Shown here: positions 1-8,204 of the stretch, piece by piece
Numbering within the stretch: position 1 is the first letter of the stretch
Layout: each line of letters begins with the position of its first letter
NCBI GenBank assembly: GCA_937898635.1
Contig: CALEJW010000045.1
Location: 890 to 64,889, forward strand
DNA from: an uncultured Pseudomonadota bacterium
GTDB lineage: Bacteria > Pseudomonadota > Gammaproteobacteria > Burkholderiales > Usitatibacteraceae
Direction of reading: 5' to 3'
Length of the DNA: 64,000 bases
The notes under the pieces: model-generated
What the model saw: only the letters and a program-made list of their open reading frames with translations
Database searches by the model: none
What the model was told of the DNA's origin: nothing
Translations under genes and position numbers: made by a program

Positions 1-110
1 ACACCTCGCGCCTGGCCGCGGCGGTGGGCTTCCGGCCCTCGACCCCGGTGGAGGAGGGGGTGCGGCGTTTCGTGGATTGGTACTGCGACTACTACAAGGT
101 GGCCCGATGA
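1..110 (+). CDS. 3' end of an NAD-dependent epimerase/dehydratase-family gene (5' part outside window)
   Basis: Frame 3 reads TSRLAAAVGFRPSTPVEEGVRRFVDWYCDYYKVAR* (stop 108-110). This tail resembles the C-termini of UDP-sugar 4-epimerases. Only 36 codons are visible. Confidence 0.45.
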   Translation, partial: TSRLAAAVGFRPSTPVEEGVRRFVDWYCDYYKVAR

Positions 111-325
111 AGGTGAGGAAGGGACAGGTCTCGCTCGCGTTCCGGCTCTGGGTGCTCGCCTCGGTGTTCGCCTGGCCCTTCCTGCACGACTGGGAGATCG
201 CCGCCTGGGCCGCCCTCGGCGCCGGCCTCGCGCTGTGGTGGCGAAGCCTCCCCGAGGACCCCCCGGAGCCGCCCCCGCGCCTGCCCTACCAGCACCTCTA
301 CGAGCGCCCCCGCGACCCCGAGTGA
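107..325 (+). CDS. small hypothetical membrane protein (72 aa)
   Basis: The ATG at 107 overlaps the upstream stop (ATGA). There are two hydrophobic segments (VSLAFRLWVLASVFAWPFL, IAAWAALGAGLALWW) and a Pro-rich tail. No family recognised. Confidence 0.35.
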   Translation: MKVRKGQVSLAFRLWVLASVFAWPFLHDWEIAAWAALGAGLALWWRSLPEDPPEPPPRLPYQHLYERPRDPE

Positions 326-367
326 GGCCGCCGGCCCCGGGACCGGGCCGGGCGCGCGAATTGAGCT

Positions 368-396
368 TTGTTTTTCCTCGGGTTTTCGCCTATAAT
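368..396 (+). promoter_or_regulatory. sigma70-like promoter of the rpsF operon
   Basis: TTGTTT (368-373), 17-nt spacer, consensus TATAAT (391-396), about 105 nt upstream of the rpsF ATG. Confidence 0.4.
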
Positions 397-501
397 CGCG
401 GGCTCCCCTTGGACAGCTCGGACCGCCTCGGGGGTGACACGAAACGACCCCTTGCCCCACCGCATGCGCATGCCGGGGGGCTTCACCCATAAGGAGATTC
501 C

Positions 502-945
502 ATGCGCCATTACGAGATTGTTTTCATCGTGCATCCCGACCAGAGCGAGCAGGTGCCCGCGATGATCGAGCGTTACCGGGCCACGATCGCGACCGGCAAC
601 GGCAAGGTGCACCGCATCGAGGACTGGGGGCGGCGCCAGCTCGCCTACCCGATCCAGAAGATCTTCAAGGCGCACTACGTGCTGATGAACATCGAGGTCG
701 GCAACGAGACGCTGGCCGAGCTCGAGCACGCGTTCAAGTTCAACGACGCGGTGCTGCGCCACCTCACCGTCCAGATGCGCGAGGCCGTCACGACGCCTTC
801 TCCCATGATGAAGGAGGAGAAGAGCCGCAACGTCACCGCCGGCGACGACAGGAAGGAAGAGCGCAAGGAAGAGCGCAAGGAAGAGCCCGCGAAGGCCGAG
901 CCCGCCAAGGCGGAAGCCGGACGGACCGAGCAGGCCCCCGCCTGA
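502..945 (+). CDS. rpsF: 30S ribosomal protein S6 with an extended charged C-terminal tail
   Basis: [25 protein letters not shown]...[14 protein letters not shown] is canonical S6. AAGGAG lies 8 nt upstream. rpsF-priB-rpsR-rplI synteny. Confidence 0.97.
   Translation: MRHYEIVFIVHPDQSEQVPAMIERYRATIATGNGKVHRIEDWGRRQLAYPIQKIFKAHYVLMNIEVGNETLAELEHAFKFNDAVLRHLTVQMREAVTTPSPMMKEEKSRNVTAGDDRKEERKEERKEEPAKAEPAKAEAGRTEQAPA
853..915 (+). repeat. in-frame tandem repeats in the S6 tail: 3 x 12 nt (EERK) then 2 x 15 nt (PAKAE)
   Basis: aaggaagagcgc at 853, 865 and 877 (the third ends ccc). cccgcgaaggccgag / cccgccaaggcggaa at 886-915. Confidence 0.85.
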
Positions 946-956
946 GCGGCACCGGG

Positions 957-1253
957 GTGAAGCGAAACCAGTTCGTGCTCGACGCCGAGATCCTGGACGT
1001 GGGCCCGCTGCGGCGCACGCCCGCGGGGATCGAGAGCGTCGCCCTGAGGCTGAGGCACCTGTCCGACCAGGACGAGGCCGGATCCTCCCGGGCGGCCGAG
1101 CTCACGATCGACGCCTCCGCCTTCGGCGAGCTCGCCCCCCGGCTGGGGGCCCTCGCGAAGGGGCAGGAAGTCGCCGTGAAGGGTTTCCTCACCAAGCGCA
1201 GCCATTCGAGCGACATCCCCGTGCTCATCATCCACGAATTCAAGACGATCTAA
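957..1253 (+). CDS. priB: primosomal replication protein N (PriB)
   Basis: 98-aa OB-fold-sized ORF (GTG start) in the conserved slot between rpsF and rps[16 protein letters not shown]...[10 protein letters not shown] is PriB-like. Confidence 0.85.
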   Translation: MKRNQFVLDAEILDVGPLRRTPAGIESVALRLRHLSDQDEAGSSRAAELTIDASAFGELAPRLGALAKGQEVAVKGFLTKRSHSSDIPVLIIHEFKTI

Positions 1254-1266
1254 GACGAGGTATCCC

Positions 1267-1557
1267 ATGCCCAGACCTGGACCCCGCGGCCGCGGCCGCG
1301 ACGGAAAGAAGGACGGAAAGCGACCCAATCGCGGCGGCGGCCTGTTCCGCCGGCGCAAGTTCTGCCGCTTCACGGCCGAGAAGATCAAGGAAGTCGACTA
1401 CAAGGACATCGCGATCCTGAAGGACTTCATCAACGAGAACGGCAAGATCATCCCGGCGCGCATCACCGGGACGAAGGCCCGCTACCAGCGCCAGCTCGGC
1501 GTGGCGATCAAGCGCGCGCGCTTCCTCGCGCTGATCCACTACACCGACAAGCACTGA
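1267..1557 (+). CDS. rpsR: 30S ribosomal protein S18
   Basis: [59 protein letters not shown] is canonical S18. Confidence 0.97.
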   Translation: MPRPGPRGRGRDGKKDGKRPNRGGGLFRRRKFCRFTAEKIKEVDYKDIAILKDFINENGKIIPARITGTKARYQRQLGVAIKRARFLALIHYTDKH

Positions 1558-1567
1558 GGAGACCGCC

Positions 1568-2017
1568 ATGCAAGTGATCCTGATGGAGAAGGTGGTGAAC
1601 CTCGGCGCCCTGGGCGACGTGGTGAAGGTGAAGGACGGCTACGCCCGCAACTTCCTCATTCCCCACGGCAAGGCCAGGCGCGCCACGGAGGCGAACCTCA
1701 AGGAGTTCGAGGGCCGCCGGGCGGAGCTCGAGAAGAAGGCGGCCGACCAGCTCGCCCTCGCGCAGGCGCGCGCGGCGAAGCTCGAGGGGCTCGCGGTCCA
1801 GGTCTCGCGCAAGGCGGGCGAGGACGGCCGGCTCTTCGGCTCCGTCACCAACGCGGACATCGCCGAGGCGCTCGAGGCGCAGGGCATCGAGGTGGCCAAG
1901 GGCGACATCCGCATGCCCGACGGGCCGCTCAAGCACGTGGGCGACTTCCCGCTCACCGTCCACCTGCACTCGGACGTATCGGCGGCCATCACCGTCTCGG
2001 TGCTGGGAGAGCAGTAG
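1568..2017 (+). CDS. rplI: 50S ribosomal protein L9
   Basis: [36 protein letters not shown] is the canonical L9 N-terminus. 149 aa. Confidence 0.97.
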   Translation: MQVILMEKVVNLGALGDVVKVKDGYARNFLIPHGKARRATEANLKEFEGRRAELEKKAADQLALAQARAAKLEGLAVQVSRKAGEDGRLFGSVTNADIAEALEAQGIEVAKGDIRMPDGPLKHVGDFPLTVHLHSDVSAAITVSVLGEQ

Positions 2018-2048
2018 GATCCCCGGGGCGCGAGCCCCGGCGCGCGAC

Positions 2049-2078
2049 GGGCCGCCCTCGGGCGGCCCGTTCGCTTTT
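2049..2078 (+). terminator. rho-independent terminator after rplI
   Basis: GGGCCGCCC (2049-2057) pairs with GGGCGGCCC (2060-2068), followed by GTTCGCTTTTCC. Confidence 0.6.
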
Positions 2079-2110
2079 CCGTGCGCCTTCCGGGCTGGCG
2101 GCGCGGAAAC

Positions 2111-2130
2111 TTACCCACACCTTGTCCACA
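2111..2130 (+). promoter_or_regulatory. two tandem DnaA-box-like 9-mers upstream of dnaB
   Basis: TTACCCACA (2111-2119) and TTGTCCACA (2122-2130). Each is one mismatch from TTATCCACA, in the same orientation, 25-45 nt upstream of the dnaB start candidates. Confidence 0.35.
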
Positions 2131-2154
2131 GTTCTGTCCGTTGAGCGTTGACTC

Positions 2155-3585
2155 GTGAAGGTGACACAATCCCCCATGGCTTCGGTTCCGTCCCAGGATC
2201 GCTTCCCCTCCGCCGCGCGCGCCGGCGGCGACTCGCAGGTCGAGTCGCTGAAGCTCCCGCCCCATTCCGTCGAGGCCGAGCAGAGCGTGCTCGGGGGTCT
2301 CCTCCTGTCCAACCAGTCCTGGGACCGCATCGGCGACACCCTGGGCGAGGGCGACTTCTACCGGGCGGACCACCGCATCCTCTGGCGCACGATCGTCAAG
2401 CTGATCGAGGACAACAAGCCGGCCGACGTCCTGACGGTCACCGAGGCCCTCAAGCAGAACGGCGAGTTGGAGGGCGTGGGCGGGCTCGCCTACCTCCAGG
2501 GGCTCGCGAGCGCCACGCCCTCGGCCGCGAACATCCGCCGCTACGCGGAGATCGTCCGCGAGCGCGCGATCATGCGCAAGCTGGCCGAGGTCGGCACCGC
2601 CATCGCGGAGAGCGCCTACACGCCCCAGGGCCGCGAGGCCCGCCAGCTCCTGGACGAGGCCGAGACGCGCATCCTCGAGATCGGCGAGTCGGGCGGGCGC
2701 ACGAGCCAGGGCCTGCGCAAGATGTCGAGCCTGCTCGGCGAGGTGATGGAGCGCATCGACGAGCTCTACAAGAACCCGTCGTCGGTGACGGGGCTCGCCA
2801 CGGGGTTCGTGGACCTGGACGAGATGACCTCGGGGCTGCACCCCGGGGAGCTCATCATCGTCGCCGGGCGCCCGTCGATGGGCAAGACCGCGCTCGCGCT
2901 CAACATCGCGGAGCACGTGGGCCTGGAGCTGAAGCTCCCCGTCCTCGTGTTCTCCATGGAGATGGGCGGGGCGCAGCTCGGGCTGCGCATGCTCGGCAGC
3001 GTCGGGCGCGTGGACGCGCAGCGCCTGCGCACGGGGCGCCTGGACACGGGCGACTGGGATCGCCTGGGCGGCGCGCTCGGGCGCCTGAACGAGGCGCCCA
3101 TCCTCATCGACGAGACCGCGGCGCTCAACCCGCTGGAGCTGCGCTCCCGGGCGCGGCGCCTGTGGCGGGAGTACGGCGGGCTGGGCCTCGTGGTCATCGA
3201 CTACCTGCAGCTCATGAGCGCGGCGGAATCCGGCGTGGAGAACCGCGCCACCGAGATCAGCGAGATCTCGCGCTCGCTCAAGGCCATGTCGAAGGAGCTC
3301 TCGGTGCCGGTGATCGCGCTCTCGCAGCTGAACCGCGGCCTGGAGCAGCGTCCCAACAAGAGGCCCGTGATGTCGGACCTTCGTGAATCGGGCGCGATCG
3401 AGCAGGACGCCGACCTCATCATCTTCATCTATCGCGACGAGGTCTACAACGACGATTCCCCGGACAAGGGCATCGCCGAGATCATCGTCGGCAAGCAGCG
3501 AAACGGCCCCATCGGCACCGTGAAGCTCACGTTCCTCGGCCGCCACACGCGCTTCGAGAACTACGCCGGCCCCACCGGCTACTAG
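2155..3585 (+). CDS. dnaB: replicative DNA helicase DnaB
   Basis: PPHSVEAEQSVLGGLL N-terminal motif. Walker A GRPSMGKTALALN. IDYLQLM, SQLNR and ESGAIEQDADL motifs. The start is ambiguous (GTG 2155 or ATG 2176). Normal length, so no intein. Confidence 0.96.
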   Translation: MKVTQSPMASVPSQDRFPSAARAGGDSQVESLKLPPHSVEAEQSVLGGLLLSNQSWDRIGDTLGEGDFYRADHRILWRTIVKLIEDNKPADVLTVTEALKQNGELEGVGGLAYLQGLASATPSAANIRRYAEIVRERAIMRKLAEVGTAIAESAYTPQGREARQLLDEAETRILEIGESGGRTSQGLRKMSSLLGEVMERIDELYKNPSSVTGLATGFVDLDEMTSGLHPGELIIVAGRPSMGKTALALNIAEHVGLELKLPVLVFSMEMGGAQLGLRMLGSVGRVDAQRLRTGRLDTGDWDRLGGALGRLNEAPILIDETAALNPLELRSRARRLWREYGGLGLVVIDYLQLMSAAESGVENRATEISEISRSLKAMSKELSVPVIALSQLNRGLEQRPNKRPVMSDLRESGAIEQDADLIIFIYRDEVYNDDSPDKGIAEIIVGKQRNGPIGTVKLTFLGRHTRFENYAGPTGY

Positions 3586-3615
3586 CCCGGCCCGCCCCGG
3601 CGATCGCAGGCCGCC

Positions 3616-4686
3616 TTGTCCCGCCCCCTCCGCGCAGACATCTCGCTCGCCGCGCTCGGCCGCAACTACGAGGCGGCCCGGCGCCAGGCGGGCGCCTCGC
3701 GCGTGCTGGCGGTGGTGAAGGCGAACGGCTACGGGCACGGCCTGGATCGCGTGGCGCGCGCGCTGCCGCGCGCCGACGGGTTCGCCACACTGGAGCTCGA
3801 CGGCGCCGTGCGCCTGCGCGAGTCCGGCTTCGCGGGCGAGATCCTCCTCCTGGAGGGCTTCTTCGACCCGGCGGAGCTCGAGGCGATCTGCGCCTCGCGC
3901 CTGGCGACGGTGGTCCACCACGAGGAGCAGCTGCGCGTGCTGGAGAAGGCGCGCCCGCCGGCGCCCGTCGATGCCTACCTCAAGGTGAACACCGGCATGA
4001 ACCGCCTGGGCTTCGCGCCGGGAGAGGCCCGGCGCGCGCTCGAGCGCCTGCAGGCCACGGGGGCGGCGCGCTCGATCACCCTCATGACGCACTTCGCCAC
4101 CGCCGACGGGCCCGAGGGCGTGCACGAGGCGATGAACCGCTTCGAGCGCGCGACGCGCGGGCTCGGGCTTCCCCGCAGCCTCGCCAACTCCGCGGCGATC
4201 TTCGCCCACCCGCGCTCGCACGCCGACACCGTGCGCGTGGGGATCGCCCTCTACGGCGCCTCGCCCTTCGCGGACCGCGACGCCGCGAGCCTCGGCCTCG
4301 CGCCGGCGATGACGCTGCGCTCGCGGCTGATCGCGGTGCAGGAGATCGGCCCCGGGGAGAGCGTGGGCTACGGCGCCACCTTCCACGCCCCGCGCGCCAT
4401 GCGCATCGGCGTGGTCGCCTGCGGCTACGCCGACGGCTACCCGCGCCACGCGCCCAACGGCACGCCGGTGCTGGTCGAGGGCGTGCGGGTCGCCACGGCC
4501 GGGCGGGTGTCCATGGACATGATCACGGTGGACCTCGCGCCGGTGCCGCAGGCGCGGGTGGGCTCGGAGGTGGTGCTGTGGGGCGAGGGCCTGCCGGTGG
4601 ACGAGGTGGCGCAGGCCGCGGGCACCGTGGGCTACGAGCTCTTGTGCGCGCTCGCCCCGCGCGTCCCGGTGGCGGAGCTCGCCTGA
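3616..4686 (+). CDS. alr: alanine racemase
   Basis: PLP-lysine motif VVKANGYGHG and the C-terminal VGYELLCAL motif. TTG start. 356 aa. Confidence 0.93.
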   Translation: MSRPLRADISLAALGRNYEAARRQAGASRVLAVVKANGYGHGLDRVARALPRADGFATLELDGAVRLRESGFAGEILLLEGFFDPAELEAICASRLATVVHHEEQLRVLEKARPPAPVDAYLKVNTGMNRLGFAPGEARRALERLQATGAARSITLMTHFATADGPEGVHEAMNRFERATRGLGLPRSLANSAAIFAHPRSHADTVRVGIALYGASPFADRDAASLGLAPAMTLRSRLIAVQEIGPGESVGYGATFHAPRAMRIGVVACGYADGYPRHAPNGTPVLVEGVRVATAGRVSMDMITVDLAPVPQARVGSEVVLWGEGLPVDEVAQAAGTVGYELLCALAPRVPVAELA

Positions 4687-6047
4687 TGGCCCGGGCGAAG
4701 AGCGTCTTCTCCTGCACCGAGTGCGGCGGCCAGGCGCCCAAGTGGCAGGGGCAGTGCCCGCACTGCGACGCCTGGAACACCCTGGTGGAGACCGCCGTCG
4801 AGGCGGGCAAGGCGCCGGGCGCCAATCGCTTCGCGAGCTTGGGCGGCACGGGGCAGGCGGTGTCGCTGGGCGAGGTCGAGGCGAAGGATTTCCCGAGGCT
4901 GCCGACGCTCATCGGGGAGTTCGACCGCGTGCTGGGCGGGGGCATCGTCGAGGGCGGCGTGGTCCTCATCGGCGGCGACCCCGGCATCGGCAAGTCGACG
5001 CTCCTGCTGCAGGCCGCGGCGCGGCTCGCGGAGCAGGTGACGGTCCTCTACGTGACCGGCGAGGAGAGCGCGCAGCAGGTGGCGCTGCGCGCGCGCCGCC
5101 TCGAGGTGAACGCGGCCAAGGTCCGGCTGCTGCCGGAGATCGAGCTGGAGAAGATCCAGGCGGCGATCGCCTCGCTCAAGCCGGGCGTCGCGGTGATCGA
5201 CTCCATCCAGACGCTCTATTCCGCGGCGCTCACCTCCGCCCCCGGCTCCGTCGCCCAGGTGCGCGAGTGCGCGGCGCAGTTGACGCGCGTGGCCAAGCAG
5301 TCCGGCACCGCGGTCGTCTTCGTGGGCCACGTCACCAAGGAGGGGGCGCTCGCGGGCCCGCGCGTCCTCGAGCACATGGTGGACACGGTCCTCTACTTCG
5401 AGGGCGACACGCACTCGAGCTTCCGGCTCGTGCGCGCCTTCAAGAACCGCTTCGGCGCGGTGAACGAGATGGGCGTCTTCGCGATGACGGAGAAGGGCCT
5501 TCGCGAGGTGACCAACCCCTCCGCGCTCTTCCTCTCGCGGCACCGCGCGGACGTGGCGGGCTCCTGCGTCATGGTCACGCAGGAGGGCACGCGGCCGCTG
5601 CTCGTGGAGCTGCAGGCGCTCGTGGACGAGGCGCACGGCGCGCAGCCGCGGCGCCTCACCGTGGGGCTGGAGCAGAACCGCCTGGCGATGCTGCTCGCGG
5701 TCCTGCACCGCCACGCCGGCATCGCCCTCTTCGACCAGGACGTCTTCGTGAACGCGGTGGGAGGGGTTCGCATCGCCGAGCCGGGCGCGGACCTCGCCGT
5801 GACGCTCGCGATCGTCTCGAGCCTTCGCAACCGCGCGCTGCCGGCCAAGCACGTGGTCTTCGGCGAGGTGGGGCTCGCCGGCGAGGTGCGCCCGGTGCAG
5901 CGCGGGCAGGAGCGCCTGCGCGAGGCGGCCAAGCTCGGCTTCACGCACGCCATCGTCCCGGCCGCCAACCGGCCGCGGCAGCCGATCGAGGGCCTGGAGG
6001 TGGTGGCCGTCGAGCGCCTCGCGGAGGCGGTGGACTACCGGCCGTAG
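4686..6047 (+). CDS. radA: DNA repair protein RadA/Sms
   Basis: The ATG at 4686 overlaps the alr stop (TGATG). Zinc ribbon CTECGGQAPKWQGQCPHCDAWNT, Walker A GGDPGIGKST, KNRFG motif and a Lon-like C-terminal domain. Confidence 0.95.
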   Translation: MARAKSVFSCTECGGQAPKWQGQCPHCDAWNTLVETAVEAGKAPGANRFASLGGTGQAVSLGEVEAKDFPRLPTLIGEFDRVLGGGIVEGGVVLIGGDPGIGKSTLLLQAAARLAEQVTVLYVTGEESAQQVALRARRLEVNAAKVRLLPEIELEKIQAAIASLKPGVAVIDSIQTLYSAALTSAPGSVAQVRECAAQLTRVAKQSGTAVVFVGHVTKEGALAGPRVLEHMVDTVLYFEGDTHSSFRLVRAFKNRFGAVNEMGVFAMTEKGLREVTNPSALFLSRHRADVAGSCVMVTQEGTRPLLVELQALVDEAHGAQPRRLTVGLEQNRLAMLLAVLHRHAGIALFDQDVFVNAVGGVRIAEPGADLAVTLAIVSSLRNRALPAKHVVFGEVGLAGEVRPVQRGQERLREAAKLGFTHAIVPAANRPRQPIEGLEVVAVERLAEAVDYRP

Positions 6048-6066
6048 GCGCCCGGGCGAGTCCCCG

Positions 6067-7398
6067 TTACTTGACCAGGAGGGCGACGAGCAGGCCGATG
6101 GCGGCGATCGAGAGGACCACGATCGCGACGATCGCGGGCGTGCTGGAGCCGCGGCTCTCGGGGAAGGCGGGCGCGGAATCCGCCGCCTCGGCCGGCGGGC
6201 TCGCGAAGCGCGGGATCGGCCGGAAGCGGGGCGTTTCCTCCTCGGGCTTCTCCGGCGGCGGCACGGCGGGCGCGAGCGGGCTGCCCGGCTCGATGCGCCC
6301 GCGGTAGGCGCGCATCTTCTGCGTGGCGGTGATGTACTCCTCGAACTCGCCGGTCTGGTTCGTCATCGACGCGAGGCGCAGCGTCGCGTCGAAGGAGTCG
6401 AAGGTCTTCGCGATCCCCAGGGGCTTGGTGGACTCGTCCTCGCGCACCGCGCTCCGGTCGAGCTTGCCCTCCGCGGGGAGCGGGATCGTGGTCGATTCCC
6501 CGTAGGGCGCCTCGCCCTGGGGCGGGGGCGGCGGCGGGGCCGAGCGCGCCTTGAGGGCCACGGACGGGCGCGCGGAGTCGATCTGGCGGCGCACCTCGCG
6601 CAGGTCGTCGGCGAACTCCTTCACCGTCTGGTAGCGGTCGTCCACCGCCTTCGCCATCGCCTTGGCGACGATGAGGTCGAGCATCGCGGGCACGTTGCGG
6701 GCGTGCGCCGAGGGCGGCGGCGGCGCGGTGTTCACGGTCGCGTACATGATGGCGTTCACGTTGTCGCCGTCGAAGGGCGCCATCCCGGTGAGGGCCTCGT
6801 AGAGCACGACGCCGAGCGAGAAGATGTCGGTGCGCGTGTCGAGGGACTTGCCGATCACCTGCTCCGGCGACATGTAGCGCGGGGAGCCGAGGATGAGCCC
6901 CGTCATCGTCTTCACCGCGGAGTTGGGCAGGCGCGCGATGCCGAAGTCGGTGATCTTCGCGATCCCGCCGCGCAGCACCATGATGTTCGAGGGCTTCACG
7001 TCGCGGTGCACGATGTCCTGCTGGTGCGCGAACCACAGGCCGTCGGCGACCTGGGCGATGATGTCCACCACCTGCTCCGTGGGCAGGAGCTTGCCCGAGG
7101 CGATGATGTCCTTGAGCTCCTGGCCCTCGAGGAACTCCATCGCCATGTAGGCGACCTGGTCGGTCTTGCCCACGTCGTAGATCGTGACGATGTTCGGGTG
7201 GTTCAGGCGCCCGGCGGCCTTGATCTCCTGCTGGAAGCGCGCCTCGTACTCCTCGAGCTCCTGGCGCGAGAGGTTCAGGTTGATGGTCTTGATGGCGACG
7301 GTGCGGTCGATGATCGGGTCCACGGCCTTGTACACCGTGCCCATCGCGCCCTGCCCGATCTCCGAGACGATCTTGTAGCGGCCCAGGATCGGCGTCAT
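6067..7398 (-). CDS. Hanks-type Ser/Thr protein kinase, C-terminally tail-anchored
   Basis: The ATG at 7398 overlaps the upstream stop (ATGA). GQGAMGTVYKA...VAIK, HRDVKPSNI, DFGIA and SPEQ motifs. A Pro-rich linker follows. The only TM segment (AIVAIVVLSIAAIGLLVALLVK) ends the protein. Confidence 0.9.
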   Translation of the reverse strand: MTPILGRYKIVSEIGQGAMGTVYKAVDPIIDRTVAIKTINLNLSRQELEEYEARFQQEIKAAGRLNHPNIVTIYDVGKTDQVAYMAMEFLEGQELKDIIASGKLLPTEQVVDIIAQVADGLWFAHQQDIVHRDVKPSNIMVLRGGIAKITDFGIARLPNSAVKTMTGLILGSPRYMSPEQVIGKSLDTRTDIFSLGVVLYEALTGMAPFDGDNVNAIMYATVNTAPPPPSAHARNVPAMLDLIVAKAMAKAVDDRYQTVKEFADDLREVRRQIDSARPSVALKARSAPPPPPPQGEAPYGESTTIPLPAEGKLDRSAVREDESTKPLGIAKTFDSFDATLRLASMTNQTGEFEEYITATQKMRAYRGRIEPGSPLAPAVPPPEKPEEETPRFRPIPRFASPPAEAADSAPAFPESRGSSTPAIVAIVVLSIAAIGLLVALLVK

Positions 7399-8204
7399 GG
7401 GGCTTTCTTCCCGGTCTTCTCGGCGAGCGCCTTCTTCGCCTGGGCCTTGGCGCCGGCGAAGGTCTTCGTCCACATCGGGTGGCCGGACTCGGCCGGGGTG
7501 AGGTCGAACGCGGGGTCGATCTCGTAGATCCTCAGGAACTCCGCGCGGCAGGCCGGATAGCGGCCCAGGAGGCACAGGCTGAAGGCGGCGTGCTTGAGCG
7601 CGCGCACCTGGTCCTTCGTCTCCTTCAGGCCCTCGCGGAACGCGGCGTCGAGCAGCGCGAGCGCCTCGTTGAACTCGCCCGCCTCGTACTTCACGAGCCC
7701 GTCGACCAGCATCTGCTCGGCCTTCGCGAGCGTGGCCCGGGGCTTGCCCTGGGCGGCCTCGCGCTCGGCGATGAGCGTCGCGCGGACGGTGCGGTACACG
7801 GGACCCCAGATGGGGTGGCCGTCCTCCGCGATCGAGAGGACGAAGGCCGGGTCGATCTCGAAGGCCCGGCGGAACTCCGCGGCGCAGAGCGTCTCGCGGC
7901 CCGCGAGGCAGTGGATGAAGGCGAGGTGCTTGCGCGCCGTGCCCTGGTCGGCCTTCTCGAGGAGCCCGTGTTCGAGCGAGGCCTGCAGGCTCTTCTGGGC
8001 GCCCTCGTAGTCCCCGGCGTCGTAGGCCTTGAGCCCCGCGAGGAGCTGGGCCCGCGCGCGCGCGCGGAGCGTCTCCTCCGTGATCCGCGTCTCGACGGGC
8101 TTGGGGGCGGGGGCCTCCCGCGGCAGGGGCGCGCAGCCGGCGATCGCGGCGGCGGCAATCGCGAGCGCGCCCGCAAGGCGCAAGGCGGGGGAGGGACGCA
8201 TCAC
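7395..8204 (-). CDS. TPR-like lipoprotein made of two homologous ~85-aa halves
   Basis: Signal peptide plus lipobox (AAIAGC, Cys24). Residues 53-137 and 165-249 align without gaps. The start (GTG 8204 or ATG 8201) overlaps the cyclase stop. Confidence 0.75.
   Translation of the reverse strand: MMRPSPALRLAGALAIAAAAIAGCAPLPREAPAPKPVETRITEETLRARARAQLLAGLKAYDAGDYEGAQKSLQASLEHGLLEKADQGTARKHLAFIHCLAGRETLCAAEFRRAFEIDPAFVLSIAEDGHPIWGPVYRTVRATLIAEREAAQGKPRATLAKAEQMLVDGLVKYEAGEFNEALALLDAAFREGLKETKDQVRALKHAAFSLCLLGRYPACRAEFLRIYEIDPAFDLTPAESGHPMWTKTFAGAKAQAKKALAEKTGKKAP

Noticed and set aside
2155-3585. A possible intein or insertion in dnaB.
   Set aside because: At 469-476 aa the product is normal DnaB length, with contiguous helicase motifs.
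1639-4449. A 936-aa ORF antisense to rplI, dnaB and alr. There are many similar long antisense or alternate-frame ORFs, for example 16853-19429, 20068-21900, 22818-24620, 24575-26434, 26427-28316, 30067-31989, 32076-33920, 52684-56013 and 60368-63352.
   Set aside because: - Their translations are Arg/Ala/Gly/Pro-rich low complexity with no motifs.
- They lie opposite genes with unmistakable family signatures.
- Stop-codon-poor antisense frames are expected at about 70% GC.
4578-4685. A 36-codon N-terminal extension of the radA ORF.
   Set aside because: The extension is a Gly/Arg-rich read-through of the alr 3' end in another frame. RadA homologues begin at MA(R/K)xKxxFxCxxCG, which is the ATG at 4686.
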